NCBI GenBank assembly: GCA_037446635.1 | Contig: JBBIIG010000005.1 | Coordinates: 64,880 to 128,879, forward strand | Source of the DNA: a bacterium | Lineage (GTDB): Bacteria; Zhuqueibacterota; Zhuqueibacteria; Oceanimicrobiales; Oceanimicrobiaceae | DNA: 64,000 nt | Direction of reading: 5' to 3' | In this document: positions 8,689-19,567 of the stretch, one piece after another | Numbering within the stretch: the stretch's first letter is position 1 | Layout of the letters: every line of letters begins with the position of its first letter | Program-made: the position numbers and the translations under genes | Notes under the pieces: generated by a model | The model's input: only the letters and a program-made list of their open reading frames with translations | The model's database searches: none | What the model was told of the DNA's origin: nothing

Positions 8689-9594
8689 GTGGCGATGCTT
8701 TTAAAAATGAAAAATACCGCCTACAGAAATTCCGTTGTGGTTTCATTTGTCCTGCATCTGCTGTTGCTGGCAATTTGGGCCAGCGCCATTGATTTGAAAT
8801 TTTTGGCGAGGGAAGCGCCGCCAGCGAAACCGCCGGAACCGCCGCTGGTGTTCGATTTGCAAGAACAAAAGCGCCCGCGTGAAGTAATCGAAACGCCGGA
8901 AGACGCCAAAGTGGATGAGCTGCAAAGGGACGCCGAGCTGGCGTCGGATAAAAACGCCCTCGCGCGCAACCACGAAAACCATTCCCAACTGCCGATCGGC
9001 GATCCCTTTTCACGGGGCGAGGTTGAGTTTCGCGAGCTGCCGCAAAATCCAGTTCCGCCCGGAGAACCGGGCGCGCCGGCGCGCGAACAAAAAGAGCGTG
9101 AGCAGGAAAACCGCCATTCCGAAACCGAGCCCTTTGCCAGCCAGCAGTTTGAGAAATTCACCCGCGAGTATCTTACTCAGCCAAAGACGACCGCCAACCC
9201 CGGCGCCCAGGCCAGCCCGCCGCGCCCGCGGTACGACAACTCCGATACCCAGGCCTTGGAAAAAGGCGCGATTTCTTTTAACACCTACGAGTGGAATTTT
9301 GCGCCCTATATGCTGGCGCTGAAGAAGAGGGTGGAGGGGAATATTTTTCCGCCGCCGGCGTTCACTTACATGGGCATCATCAGCGGGGAGACGCTGCTGA
9401 GATTTAAAATTTATCCCAACGGCGAGCTGCGCGATTTAACCCTGTTAACGTACGAGGGCCATGAAACGTTGATGCAAACCAGCCTGCGCGCCATCGAAAT
9501 CTCGGCGCCGTTTCCGCCGCTGCCGGCAGATTTTCCGGAAGCCTATTTAGAGGTTACGGCCAAGTTCCATTATAGCGTTTTAAATCGCCATTAA
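8689..9594 (+). CDS. TonB-like energy transducer
   Basis: N-terminal TM helix with SxxxH (SFVLH), Pro-rich linker, C-terminal TonB_C-like domain (APFPPLP); upstream of exbB/exbD. Confidence 0.8.
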   Translation: MAMLLKMKNTAYRNSVVVSFVLHLLLLAIWASAIDLKFLAREAPPAKPPEPPLVFDLQEQKRPREVIETPEDAKVDELQRDAELASDKNALARNHENHSQLPIGDPFSRGEVEFRELPQNPVPPGEPGAPAREQKEREQENRHSETEPFASQQFEKFTREYLTQPKTTANPGAQASPPRPRYDNSDTQALEKGAISFNTYEWNFAPYMLALKKRVEGNIFPPPAFTYMGIISGETLLRFKIYPNGELRDLTLLTYEGHETLMQTSLRAIEISAPFPPLPADFPEAYLEVTAKFHYSVLNRH

Positions 9595-9608
9595 AGGAAA
9601 GGATAGAC

Positions 9609-10250
9609 ATGCAAGAAGTTTGGCAATTTTTAGTAAAAGGCGGCATCACCATGATCCCGCTGGGGCTGTGCTCGATTTTGGGGCTGGCGGTGGTTATCGA
9701 AAAATCGTTTTCTCTGCGGCGCAAAAAGGTGATTGTGCCGGAGATCGTCAATGTTTTGGAAAATATTCGCGGCCCGCAGGACGTTGGCCTGGCGTTATCC
9801 ATTTGTGAAAAACACGAAGGCCCGTTTGCGAATATTATCCGCGCGGGACTTGAAAACCGCAATCTCCCAAAGGATGAGATCAAAGAAGCGTTGGTGGATC
9901 AAGGCCGCCAGGAAGTGCGCACATTGGAGCGCGGTCTGGTGATGTTGGAGACCATCGCCGGCATTGGGCCGTTGCTGGGGTTGTTCGGCACGGTGCTGGG
10001 AATTTTCAAAGTGTTCAATGTCATCAGCGCGTTGGGCGTGGGCCAAGCGCAGGCGTTCTCCGCCGGACTTTCAGAGGCGATCATCACCACCATCGTGGGT
10101 TTAGCCATCGGCATTCCCGCGGTGGTGTTTTTCAACTATTTCACCAACAAGGCCGAGAATCTTATTTTGGAAATTGAAAAGTATTCATCGGCGCTGGTGA
10201 AGAAAGTGGCTGCGTTCAAAGCCAATTACGAGGCAGCCGATGCAATTTAA
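9609..10250 (+). CDS. exbB: MotA/TolQ/ExbB proton channel family protein
   Basis: LETIAGIGPLLGLFGTVLG and GLSEAIITTIVGLAIGIP motifs. Confidence 0.9.
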   Translation: MQEVWQFLVKGGITMIPLGLCSILGLAVVIEKSFSLRRKKVIVPEIVNVLENIRGPQDVGLALSICEKHEGPFANIIRAGLENRNLPKDEIKEALVDQGRQEVRTLERGLVMLETIAGIGPLLGLFGTVLGIFKVFNVISALGVGQAQAFSAGLSEAIITTIVGLAIGIPAVVFFNYFTNKAENLILEIEKYSSALVKKVAAFKANYEAADAI

Positions 10251-10647
10251 GACGACTCAAAAGCGCAAGGTTCTGCTCAACATCACCTCGATGATCGACG
10301 TGCTGTTTTTGCTGCTGATTTTTTTTATGGTTTCCACGACGTTTTTGGAGCAACCCGGCATAAAATTAGAACTGCCGCACGCCAAGAGCGCGGTGGTCTC
10401 GGAACAGAAGGACTACACCTTGTTCGTTGCAAAAGACGGCAAGATGTTTCTCAATGAGAACGAAGTGGTGATGGAAAATTTAGGCGAAAGGCTCAAAGCC
10501 GCGCTGCCCAATATGAAGGAAGCCTCACTGATTTTGAAAGCGGATCAGGACGTGGCGCACGGCATCGTGGTGCGGGTGATGGATATCGCCAAACAGAGCG
10601 GCGTGAAAAAGTTGATTATCGGCACCAAGCTGGAGGAATCGCCATGA
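10240..10647 (+). CDS. exbD: Biopolymer transporter ExbD/TolR
   Basis: LNITSMIDVLFLLLIFFMV and LKADQDVAHGIVVRVMD motifs. Confidence 0.93.
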   Translation: MQFKTTQKRKVLLNITSMIDVLFLLLIFFMVSTTFLEQPGIKLELPHAKSAVVSEQKDYTLFVAKDGKMFLNENEVVMENLGERLKAALPNMKEASLILKADQDVAHGIVVRVMDIAKQSGVKKLIIGTKLEESP

Positions 10648-10713
10648 AATTTTATTTGACAATCTTTGATAAATCGAGTATTTTGGGCTGTAGTTAATCA
10701 CTGGAAAAGATTC

Positions 10714-11058
10714 ATGGCAAACATCACAGTAGATGAATCCCGTCTCGAAGAGCTCATCGAAAAGGCGGTCGAAAAGCATCTCAAGTTGAAATTTGAGGAT
10801 ATGGAAGAGGTGCGTCGATCTCCAGCTGCCGCAATTGTCCGCTTAGAAACACGTCTGGATGACATTGAAAAGGTTATGGCAACTAAGGCAGATATAGGTA
10901 ATTTAAGGTCTGAACTTAATGACCGTATTGGCAATGTCGAGAAGACGCTTGTTGAACGCATCAGCCGCTTAGAGTCGAGCAATAAATTCATTATAGCCAT
11001 GCCTCTGTCTATCTTTGGCGCGGTGGTGGCGACTCTTGTAAAACTCTTTTTTCTGTAG
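10714..11058 (+). CDS. Hypothetical coiled-coil protein with C-terminal TM helix (DUF1640/Bdr-like)
   Basis: Heptad-rich RLETRLDDIEKVMATKADIGNLRSEL and hydrophobic C-terminus; a TTGACA-N17-TATTTT promoter-like motif lies upstream, so ATG 10714 is preferred. Confidence 0.6.
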   Translation: MANITVDESRLEELIEKAVEKHLKLKFEDMEEVRRSPAAAIVRLETRLDDIEKVMATKADIGNLRSELNDRIGNVEKTLVERISRLESSNKFIIAMPLSIFGAVVATLVKLFFL

Positions 11059-11172
11059 ATCTTCATAATCTGGCGAAATTAATTTCTTGTATTTTGATCT
11101 TTTTGTTTGTATAATGGCGTCGCCAATTTTTGAAAATAACCATTAAAGAGAAGAATAGAAGGGAGCTTGTAA

Positions 11173-11364
11173 ATGGCGAAGCGATGTGATATTTGCGGCA
11201 AAGGCCCGATGTGGGGTCACCGCGTCAGCCACGCGCACAATCTCAGCAAGCGTCGCTGGCTGCCAAATCTGAAGCAAATCCGCGCCAAAATTGACGGGCA
11301 AGTCCGCAGAATTAAAGTTTGCACCCAATGCCTCAAATCGGGAAAGGTGGTCAAGGCGATTTAG
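11173..11364 (+). CDS. rpmB: 50S ribosomal protein L28 (zinc-ribbon form)
   Basis: MAKRCDICGKGPMWGHRVSHAHNLSKRRWLPNL...VCTQCLKSGKV. Confidence 0.97.
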   Translation: MAKRCDICGKGPMWGHRVSHAHNLSKRRWLPNLKQIRAKIDGQVRRIKVCTQCLKSGKVVKAI

Positions 11365-11383
11365 AGTGCGTAGAATGGCAAGC

Positions 11384-11413
11384 AAAAAAGCCCCAGATAA
11401 CTGGGGCTTTTTT
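11384..11413. terminator. Bidirectional intrinsic terminator between rpmB and ftsZ
   Basis: AAAAAAGCCCCAG-ATAA-CTGGGGCTTTTTT perfect hairpin with A and T tracts. Confidence 0.9.
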
Positions 11414-11440
11414 GTTGTTAGGCGGAGTTCTTTTCGCCTT

Positions 11441-12604
11441 TTAGTCCACCCGTCTTCTCAAATAAGCTGGCACTTCCAGATCTTCATTTTTTATTGTTTC
11501 GATTTTTTCTGGTTTAACTTCTTTGGCGGCGCCATTTCCGCTCAAGCGTTTAAAAGTCGGCACCTCCAGGTCGGACATGTATAAATCCGCGGTCTCGAGG
11601 TAGCGCTTGCGGTTGCCGTTGAGGGCGCTGAATTTGCCGTTGCGGTTGAAGCCGGTGGCGATCACCGTCACCTGCAGCTCTTTTTCCATGTGAGGATCGA
11701 TGACCGCGCCAAAAATAATATTGGCTTCGCCGCCGGCCGCCTCGGAGATAACCGAGGTGGCGTCGTTCACTTCGTGCAGCGTCATGTTGTCGCCGCCGGT
11801 GACATTCACCAGCACCCCTAGCGCGCCTTCGATGGACACATCCTCCAGCAGGGGGCTGGAGATGGCCTGGTGCGCTGCTTCCGTGGCGCGGTTTTCGCCG
11901 GAGGCCATTCCCGAGCCCATGAGCGCGTCACCCATCTCCGACATCACGGTGCGCACGTCCGCAAAATCTAAATTGATCAACCCCGGAATGCCGATGAGAT
12001 CGGAGATGCCTTTGGTGGCCTGCAGCAAAACGTCGTCGGCAATTTTGAAGGCAGCGTTGAGCGGCGTATCTTTTGGAACCACCGAGAGCAGCCGTTGATT
12101 GGGAATAATGATCAACGTGTCCACGCGATCTTTCAATTCCAGGATGCCTTCTTCCGCGCGCTTGATTCGTTTTTGTCCTTCGAATAAAAACGGCTTGGTC
12201 ACAATGCCCACCGTCAACGCGCCGATGTCTTTGGCGATCTCCGCGACAATCGGCGCGGCGCCGGTGCCGGTGCCGCCGCCCATGCCGGCGGTGACGAAAA
12301 TCATATCGGCATCGGAGAGCGCCTCCCACACCGCCTCGCGATCTTCCTCAATGGCTTTGCGGCCAATTTCCGGATTGGCGCCAGCGCCTAACCCTTTGGT
12401 GAGCGACCGCCCGATTTGAATGCGGTTAGCGGCCTTGCAAACTTCCAGCGCCTGCAAGTCGGTGTTCACCGCCAAAAACTCTACGCCGCTGAGCTTCGCC
12501 GCGATCATGCGGTTGATGGCGTTGCAGCCCGCGCCGCCCACACCCACCACTTTCATTTTTGCGGTTGGGATGTAGTTTTCGTCAAAAGCAAATCTGAGGT
12601 TCAT
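11441..12604 (-). CDS. ftsZ: Cell division protein FtsZ
   Basis: [32 protein letters not shown] and C-terminal LEVPAYLRR. Confidence 0.99.
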   Translation of the reverse strand: MNLRFAFDENYIPTAKMKVVGVGGAGCNAINRMIAAKLSGVEFLAVNTDLQALEVCKAANRIQIGRSLTKGLGAGANPEIGRKAIEEDREAVWEALSDADMIFVTAGMGGGTGTGAAPIVAEIAKDIGALTVGIVTKPFLFEGQKRIKRAEEGILELKDRVDTLIIIPNQRLLSVVPKDTPLNAAFKIADDVLLQATKGISDLIGIPGLINLDFADVRTVMSEMGDALMGSGMASGENRATEAAHQAISSPLLEDVSIEGALGVLVNVTGGDNMTLHEVNDATSVISEAAGGEANIIFGAVIDPHMEKELQVTVIATGFNRNGKFSALNGNRKRYLETADLYMSDLEVPTFKRLSGNGAAKEVKPEKIETIKNEDLEVPAYLRRRVD

Positions 12605-12625
12605 GGTTGTGCTCCTGAATTTGTT

Positions 12626-13885
12626 TTACATGATCACGTTATGGTGATTATAGCGGTGAATCCCGCTGAACCAACGCCGCATACGCCCTATCACCCAGTG
12701 GAACATGCCCTGTTCGTCGTTGCCAAAAAGATCGCCCACATCGTATTTGTGATTGATGCCGTAATGTACCAGGCCGACGCCGGTGGCGTGAATGGGGCTT
12801 TTCACGAGATCGGTCAGGCCATTGAAGCCATCGGGCACCCCTAACCGCACCGGCATATCAAAAATTTCTTCGGCTAATTCCACGGTGCCTTTCAAAAGCG
12901 AGCCGCCGCCGGTCAACACCAATCCGGAAGTCATCAAATGAATGTAATTTGATTTTTTGATTTCGCGGTGCGCCAGGCTGAGAATTTCCTCCATGCGCGG
13001 CTGGATGATGTCCACCAGATACGCCTTTGAAACTCGGCGCGGCGAACGCCCGCTGATATCCGGCACCTCGATGTTCTCTTCGCGATCGTTCGGGGTGTGA
13101 ATCGCCCAACCGTGTTGGATTTTAATCTGCTCGGCCTGATCCACCGGCGTGCGCAGCCCGATGGCGATATCATTGGTGACATTGCGGCCGCCGAGGCCAA
13201 TTACTGCGGTGTGGCGAATGCAGCCCTCAAAAAACATCGCGATGTCGGTGGTGCCGCCGCCGAGATCCATCACGATCACACCCAGCTCCTTTTCATCATC
13301 TGAAAGCACCGCGTAGCTGGAGGCCAGCGGCTCCAGCACCAGGTCCATCACGTTGATGTTGGCGCGGCCGATGCTGCGGTAAATGTTTTGCGCCGACGTG
13401 ATGGCCCCGGTGACGATGTGCACCTCCGCCTCCAGCCGCACGCCGGACATGCCCACCGGGTCTTTGATGCCGTGTTGATCATCGACGGTGAATTCCTGCG
13501 GCAGGATGTGCAAAATTTCCCGGTCGATGGGCAGCGCCACCGCCTTGGCAGCGTCGATCACGCGCCGCACGTCGCCCTGCGAAATTTCATTGGTCTGGCC
13601 GGCCACTGCCACCACGCCGCGGCCGTTGATGCTGCGAATGTGATCGCCGGCGATGCCGGCAAACACCTCGTTCACTTGCACGCCCGCCATGCGTTCGGCG
13701 TTTTCCACCGCGGTCTGAATCGAGCGCACGGTTTTGTCGAGATTGACCACCACCCCGCGCCGCAGCCCGTCCGAGGGCGACGTGCCCACGCCGATGATGG
13801 TCGGCGGCAGCCCGTCGTTGACTTCGGCAATGATGGCGCCAATCTTGGTGGTTCCAATATCAAGTCCGGTTATGTATTCTGGCAT
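12626..13885 (-). CDS. ftsA: Cell division protein FtsA
   Basis: GLDIGTTKI, DLGGGTTD and VLTGGGS actin-fold motifs; upstream of ftsZ. Confidence 0.98.
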   Translation of the reverse strand: MPEYITGLDIGTTKIGAIIAEVNDGLPPTIIGVGTSPSDGLRRGVVVNLDKTVRSIQTAVENAERMAGVQVNEVFAGIAGDHIRSINGRGVVAVAGQTNEISQGDVRRVIDAAKAVALPIDREILHILPQEFTVDDQHGIKDPVGMSGVRLEAEVHIVTGAITSAQNIYRSIGRANINVMDLVLEPLASSYAVLSDDEKELGVIVMDLGGGTTDIAMFFEGCIRHTAVIGLGGRNVTNDIAIGLRTPVDQAEQIKIQHGWAIHTPNDREENIEVPDISGRSPRRVSKAYLVDIIQPRMEEILSLAHREIKKSNYIHLMTSGLVLTGGGSLLKGTVELAEEIFDMPVRLGVPDGFNGLTDLVKSPIHATGVGLVHYGINHKYDVGDLFGNDEQGMFHWVIGRMRRWFSGIHRYNHHNVIM

Positions 13886-13918
13886 GTGCTTTCCTCCTCG
13901 GGAGGTTTGACTTCAAAA

Positions 13919-14695
13919 TTACGACTTCCCAGTTGCTTTGACGACCACTTGTTGATTGAATCGCAAATCGCAATATTCGATATTGTCAATTTCGACGCGT
14001 GTTTCCAGGTAACTCCAAGTCTTCAAAAAGTTTTCGAGCCGATCCTCAAAGTCCTCGTTACCCACGACTATCTTTGTGTTGGTTGGCGATAAATAAAAAT
14101 AGACTCCCTGATTTTGCGAGTACGAGATTTTTGAAATGCGATCGTACAAGCTTGTGTGCCGGCTTTTCATAAAACCCAGAAAAACTAAAATGTTTTTTAG
14201 TTTCGGATTGGCATCGAGCGCGCCGGAATACTCCAGGTCGAAAATCCGCGGCAGGGTGGCGAAGGTTTTTGCTCTTAATTTAGTCAGCCGTTTCCCTTCG
14301 CCATCGATGGCCACACCGTCCAGCACGCCCAGCGGCTGCCGCTCAAAAATTGCGATGACGATGGAACCCGGCAAGCGGCGGCTCACCGTCGCGGCTTTGA
14401 CGAGTTGATGCTGCTCGATTCGCGACTCCACCGCGCGGAGGTCGATATCAAACAGATGTTTTTCCGATTCAATTTTCGCCAGTTGCAAGATTTCCTTTGA
14501 GCCGACAAAATGATTGCCCAGGACTAAAATATTTTCGAGCACAAAGATCGGTTGACTTTTCGCCCAGTCCAGGCCAAACAAAAGCATGAGCACGCCGCTG
14601 GTCAGCCCGAAGAAAATGAAGCCAGCGCGGCGAAGCGAAAACGTTCTGGCGCCGCTGTCGGCAAAAGCCGCATTGTATTTTGAGTAGGTGAACAT
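13919..14695 (-). CDS. ftsQ: Cell division protein FtsQ/DivIB
   Basis: Single TM helix, POTRA-like region (V.GN..V...EI, VSRRLPGSIVI.I.ER), C-terminal YCDLRF; position before ftsA. Confidence 0.88.
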   Translation of the reverse strand: MFTYSKYNAAFADSGARTFSLRRAGFIFFGLTSGVLMLLFGLDWAKSQPIFVLENILVLGNHFVGSKEILQLAKIESEKHLFDIDLRAVESRIEQHQLVKAATVSRRLPGSIVIAIFERQPLGVLDGVAIDGEGKRLTKLRAKTFATLPRIFDLEYSGALDANPKLKNILVFLGFMKSRHTSLYDRISKISYSQNQGVYFYLSPTNTKIVVGNEDFEDRLENFLKTWSYLETRVEIDNIEYCDLRFNQQVVVKATGKS

Positions 14696-14704
14696 GCGAA
14701 TTCT

Positions 14705-15805
14705 CTATTGAATGATTTCGAAAATGTTATCCACGATGGTTTGCGCGGCCTCCGGCCGTCCCAATCGCCGCGCCGCCGCTGCCATGCGGGCGCGTTTTTC
14801 GCTGTTGCGGATCAACTCGCTGACGTTTTCCACCAGCGTTTCTGCCGTAAAATCGCGCTCAAAAATCACGACCGCGGCGCCCTCGGCTGCCATTGTTTTG
14901 GCATTGAAATCCTGATGTCCTGCCGCAGCGTAGGGGTAGGGCACTAAAATCGCCGGGATTCCGCAGATAGCGATCTCCGCCAGCGTCGTGGCGCCGGCGC
15001 GGCAAAGCGCGATGTCTGCGAGGGCGTAGGCCGCGGCCATGTCGTCGATGTACGGCAGAATGGTGGCTCGCCCGCCGCCTTTGCATTTTTCAACGATTGC
15101 GTCATATTGGTTCGGCCCGGTCGCCCAGAGAATTTGCAGATCATTGAACTGCAACAATTGTTGGAAACTGCTCAGCACGCGCTGGTTGATGGCGCGCGCG
15201 CCCTGGCTGCCTCCGAAAACCAGCAGCGTCATTTTGTTTTCGTCGAGGTTGAATTTTTTGGCCGCCTGGCCGCGCGCGATTTTGTTGAATTCGCCGCGCA
15301 CGGGGTTGCCGCTCACCAGCGTGTTCGGATTTTTGAAATAGGGGAGGGAAGCTTCGTAGGTCACGTGCACCTGCTTCACCCATTTCCCCAAAAAACGATT
15401 CACGAGTCCGGGGCAACTGTTCTGTTCCTGAATCACTGTGGGCACGCCCAGGATCAGCGCGGCCATCAACGCCGGCGCACTGACGTAGCCGCCGGTGCCA
15501 ATGACCACCTGCGGCCGAAACGAGATCATCGCCGCCGCGCATTGAAAGAGGCTGGTCAGCAACCGCAGCGGGAAAAGCAAATTTCCCGGCGACAGCCGCC
15601 GCTGCCATCCCCGCATCCAGATTTTTTTCAAACGATAATTCATTTTTGGCAGTACTTTATTTTCGATGCCGTACGACGTGCCGATGAACATAATCTCGGC
15701 CGGCCCGCGTCGCTGAAATTCCTGCGCCAGCGCGATGCCCGGGTAAAGATGGCCGCCGGTGCCGCCGCCGGCGATGATCACCTTAACGCCTTGCGGTTCG
15801 GCCAT
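14705..15805 (-). CDS. murG: Lipid II GlcNAc transferase MurG
   Basis: AGGGTGGHLYPG, GTGGYVS, EQN, GNPVR, GGSQGA and CRAGATT motifs. Confidence 0.98.
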   Translation of the reverse strand: MAEPQGVKVIIAGGGTGGHLYPGIALAQEFQRRGPAEIMFIGTSYGIENKVLPKMNYRLKKIWMRGWQRRLSPGNLLFPLRLLTSLFQCAAAMISFRPQVVIGTGGYVSAPALMAALILGVPTVIQEQNSCPGLVNRFLGKWVKQVHVTYEASLPYFKNPNTLVSGNPVRGEFNKIARGQAAKKFNLDENKMTLLVFGGSQGARAINQRVLSSFQQLLQFNDLQILWATGPNQYDAIVEKCKGGGRATILPYIDDMAAAYALADIALCRAGATTLAEIAICGIPAILVPYPYAAAGHQDFNAKTMAAEGAAVVIFERDFTAETLVENVSELIRNSEKRARMAAAARRLGRPEAAQTIVDNIFEIIQ

Positions 15806-16958
15806 AGTTTCTAAACACTTTCCGAGGGCGGTTAAACGTTCGCAGCGGCGCGAGCCGGCTGCCGCGCCGGTTCTGCAGATCGATATTCAACAATAAGCCA
15901 ATGGCAAACATGTTCACAAACAACGCGGAGCCGCCGTAGCTCAAAAACGGCATCGGAATGCCGGTGGTGGGCAGCAGGTTGACCACCACGCCGGCGTTGA
16001 TGAACGCATAAACCGCAATGTTGATGACGATGCCGCTCGCCAGCAATTTTCCAGACAGATCATTGGTTTTCATGGCGATTTTAAACCCCCGCCAGATGAG
16101 CAGCGTGAACAACACCATGACGCCAATCGTACCCCACATGCCCAATTCTTCGCCGACGATGGCGTAAATGAAATCCGTAAACGGGTCGGGCAGAAAATGG
16201 AATTTTTGCCGGCTGTCGCCGAGACCGAGACCCCAAACTCCGCCGTTGCCCAGCGCGATCAGCGACTGCTTGGTTTGCCAGCTGATGTGTTCGCCGTTGA
16301 GCGCGGCAAAATAATTCACGATGCGCTCGCGCTGGTAATCTTCTTTCATGATGTAAATTCCCAACACCGGGATGACCGCCGCGCCGGTCATCAACAGGTA
16401 GCGCACGGGCGCGCCCGCCAAAAAAATCAGCGCCGTGGCAACGAAAACCGTGAGCAGAGTGCTGCCGACGTCCGGTTGAAAGAAAATCGGCAGCGCCACC
16501 ACGCCGGCAATGGCGAGATTTTTAAACAGCTTGTTTCTGCGATCTCTAAGATCGGCGGCCGGCTGGGCCAGCCGTCCGCTTAAAAACAAGATCAAAGACA
16601 AACGCGCAAAATCCGCCGGCTGAAGTTGAATCGGGCCGAAACTAAGCCAGCGCTTGCTGCCGCGAATGGCTTCCACGCCCGGGCCGGCCAATAAATAAAT
16701 CAACGCGCAGAAACTAAGAAACAGCAAGATCGGCGAAAGCTTCAGCCAGATTTTATAATCGATCTTCGCGCCCATCAAAAGCACCGCCAATCCCACTAAA
16801 ACTTTTAAAAGATGATTTCGAAAATAGTACTGGCTGTTTTCAAAGCGTTCCTGCGCTTTGAATGAGCTGGCGCTGTAAACCATCACGGCGCCTAACACCG
16901 ACAGGATGACCACGATTAAAATAATCGTGGCGTCAAATTTTGATTCTAAACGCAGCAT
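15783..16958 (-). CDS. ftsW: SEDS family peptidoglycan polymerase FtsW
   Basis: MVYSAS, GSKRW, QPD.G, LPDPFTDFIYAIVGEELG and PTTGIPMPFLSYGGS motifs. Confidence 0.96.
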   Translation of the reverse strand: MLRLESKFDATIILIVVILSVLGAVMVYSASSFKAQERFENSQYYFRNHLLKVLVGLAVLLMGAKIDYKIWLKLSPILLFLSFCALIYLLAGPGVEAIRGSKRWLSFGPIQLQPADFARLSLILFLSGRLAQPAADLRDRRNKLFKNLAIAGVVALPIFFQPDVGSTLLTVFVATALIFLAGAPVRYLLMTGAAVIPVLGIYIMKEDYQRERIVNYFAALNGEHISWQTKQSLIALGNGGVWGLGLGDSRQKFHFLPDPFTDFIYAIVGEELGMWGTIGVMVLFTLLIWRGFKIAMKTNDLSGKLLASGIVINIAVYAFINAGVVVNLLPTTGIPMPFLSYGGSALFVNMFAIGLLLNIDLQNRRGSRLAPLRTFNRPRKVFRNYGRTARR

Positions 16959-16963
16959 CGGTT

Positions 16964-18049
<1,086 letters not shown>

Positions 18050-18172
18050 TCGCGCCTTCTATGTTGTGAGTGGATTGATGGATTATTGGATTAAGGCTTT
18101 ACTCCGCGTTTGTCAACACTGGGACTTTTTCGTCATAGAACCGCTCGAATTCAAAAGTTGTGGAAATACAGG

Positions 18173-19552
18173 CTAACCGAGCGCCTCCACAACTTCTTCC
18201 ATTTTCATGCCGCGCGAGCCTTTCACCAGCAGCGCATCTCCGTCGGAAAGAGATTTTTTCAGTTCGGCAATCAGAGTCTGTTTGTCAGAAAAATGCTGCG
18301 CGAAAATTTTGCTTTTCGATTTTTTTGCGGCGGAAACCGCCTCTGCCGCCAACGACCCGTAAGCTAAAAAAAGATCGATTCCAAAGCTGCTCAACGCGAC
18401 GCCGATTTTGGCGTGCTCCGCCGCCGCGGCCTCGCCTAATTCCAGCATGTCGCCGAGCACGAAAATTTTTTTGCCGGTGACTTTCAGGTCCTTCAAAATC
18501 GCCAGCGCCGCCAGCGTCGAATCCGGATTGGCGTTGTAACTGTCATTGAGAATGAGAACATTGTTGCGCCGGATGATTTCGAGACGCTTGCCGGGCACCG
18601 CGACGTTTTCCAGCGCCGCCTTAATTTTTTTCAGGCTGATTCCAAACTCCAAACCCACGGCCGCCGCCGCCAGCGCGTTCAGCAAGTTGTGATTTCCCAA
18701 AAGATTCAAAGTGAAAATTTCGTTTTCAACCTGCATTCTGGGAAAGCCAAATTCATCCGGCTCGAGGCGGCGACCGCGCACCTTGGCTGCATCCGCGAAG
18801 CCGAAGGTGATTTTGTTTTGCAATTTTGCGGCATGTTTTGCAATCAGCGGATCGTCTAAATTTACAAACGCGACGCCGTCCGCTGGCAGCGAATTGAGCA
18901 GCTCCATTTTCATCCGCGCCACGCCCTCGAGGTCTCCCAAAAACTCCAGGTGGCCGCGGCCGATGTTGGTGATGAGCCCGAGCTGCGGCGCGGCGATCTC
19001 GCACAAGCGCGCAATTTCTCCAAAATGATTGCCGCCCATTTCTACCACCGCGGCTTGATGTTCTTTTTGAAGATGAAACAGCGTCAACGGCACGCCGATG
19101 TGATTGTTCAAATTGCCGGTGGTTTTGCACACGCTGCCCATTTGCGCGAGCACCGCGGCGATCATCTCTTTAGTGGTGGTTTTGCCGTTGGTGCCGGTGA
19201 GACCCAGTACCGGCAGCGAAAATTTCAGACGATAAAAATGGCTCGCTTCCTGCAAAGCCCGCAACGTATCTTCCACAACAAAAACAGCGCGGTTTTCAAG
19301 CCGACTTTTATTTTTCTCCCACCACGATTTTTCCACCACCGCCGCCAGCGCGCCCTTTTGAAAAACCTCGGTTACAAAATCATGGCCGTCATGGTTTTCG
19401 CCGCGCAGCGCAAAATAGACTTCCTCTTTTTTAAGAAGGCGCGAATCGGTCGAAACGCCGGCGAGCGCGTGCGACAGGGTTTTTTCATCGCCAAAATAAG
19501 CGAAGCGGTGGGTTCCGACTTCTAAAAATTCATGAAGAGTTAAATCGATCAT
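18173..19552 (-). CDS. murF: UDP-MurNAc-tripeptide--D-Ala-D-Ala ligase
   Basis: STDSR, TGTNGKTTTKE, GNLNNHIGVP, NDSYNANP, LGDMLELG and LVKGSRGM motifs. Confidence 0.97.
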   Translation of the reverse strand: MIDLTLHEFLEVGTHRFAYFGDEKTLSHALAGVSTDSRLLKKEEVYFALRGENHDGHDFVTEVFQKGALAAVVEKSWWEKNKSRLENRAVFVVEDTLRALQEASHFYRLKFSLPVLGLTGTNGKTTTKEMIAAVLAQMGSVCKTTGNLNNHIGVPLTLFHLQKEHQAAVVEMGGNHFGEIARLCEIAAPQLGLITNIGRGHLEFLGDLEGVARMKMELLNSLPADGVAFVNLDDPLIAKHAAKLQNKITFGFADAAKVRGRRLEPDEFGFPRMQVENEIFTLNLLGNHNLLNALAAAAVGLEFGISLKKIKAALENVAVPGKRLEIIRRNNVLILNDSYNANPDSTLAALAILKDLKVTGKKIFVLGDMLELGEAAAAEHAKIGVALSSFGIDLFLAYGSLAAEAVSAAKKSKSKIFAQHFSDKQTLIAELKKSLSDGDALLVKGSRGMKMEEVVEALG

Positions 19553-19567
19553 ATTTGCTCGCGAAAG

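Noticed and set aside
18050..18172. Possible remnant of a lost mur gene between murF and mraY
   Set aside because: No Mur-like peptide was recognisable; the gap holds a short octamer repeat, and no mur gene normally sits here.
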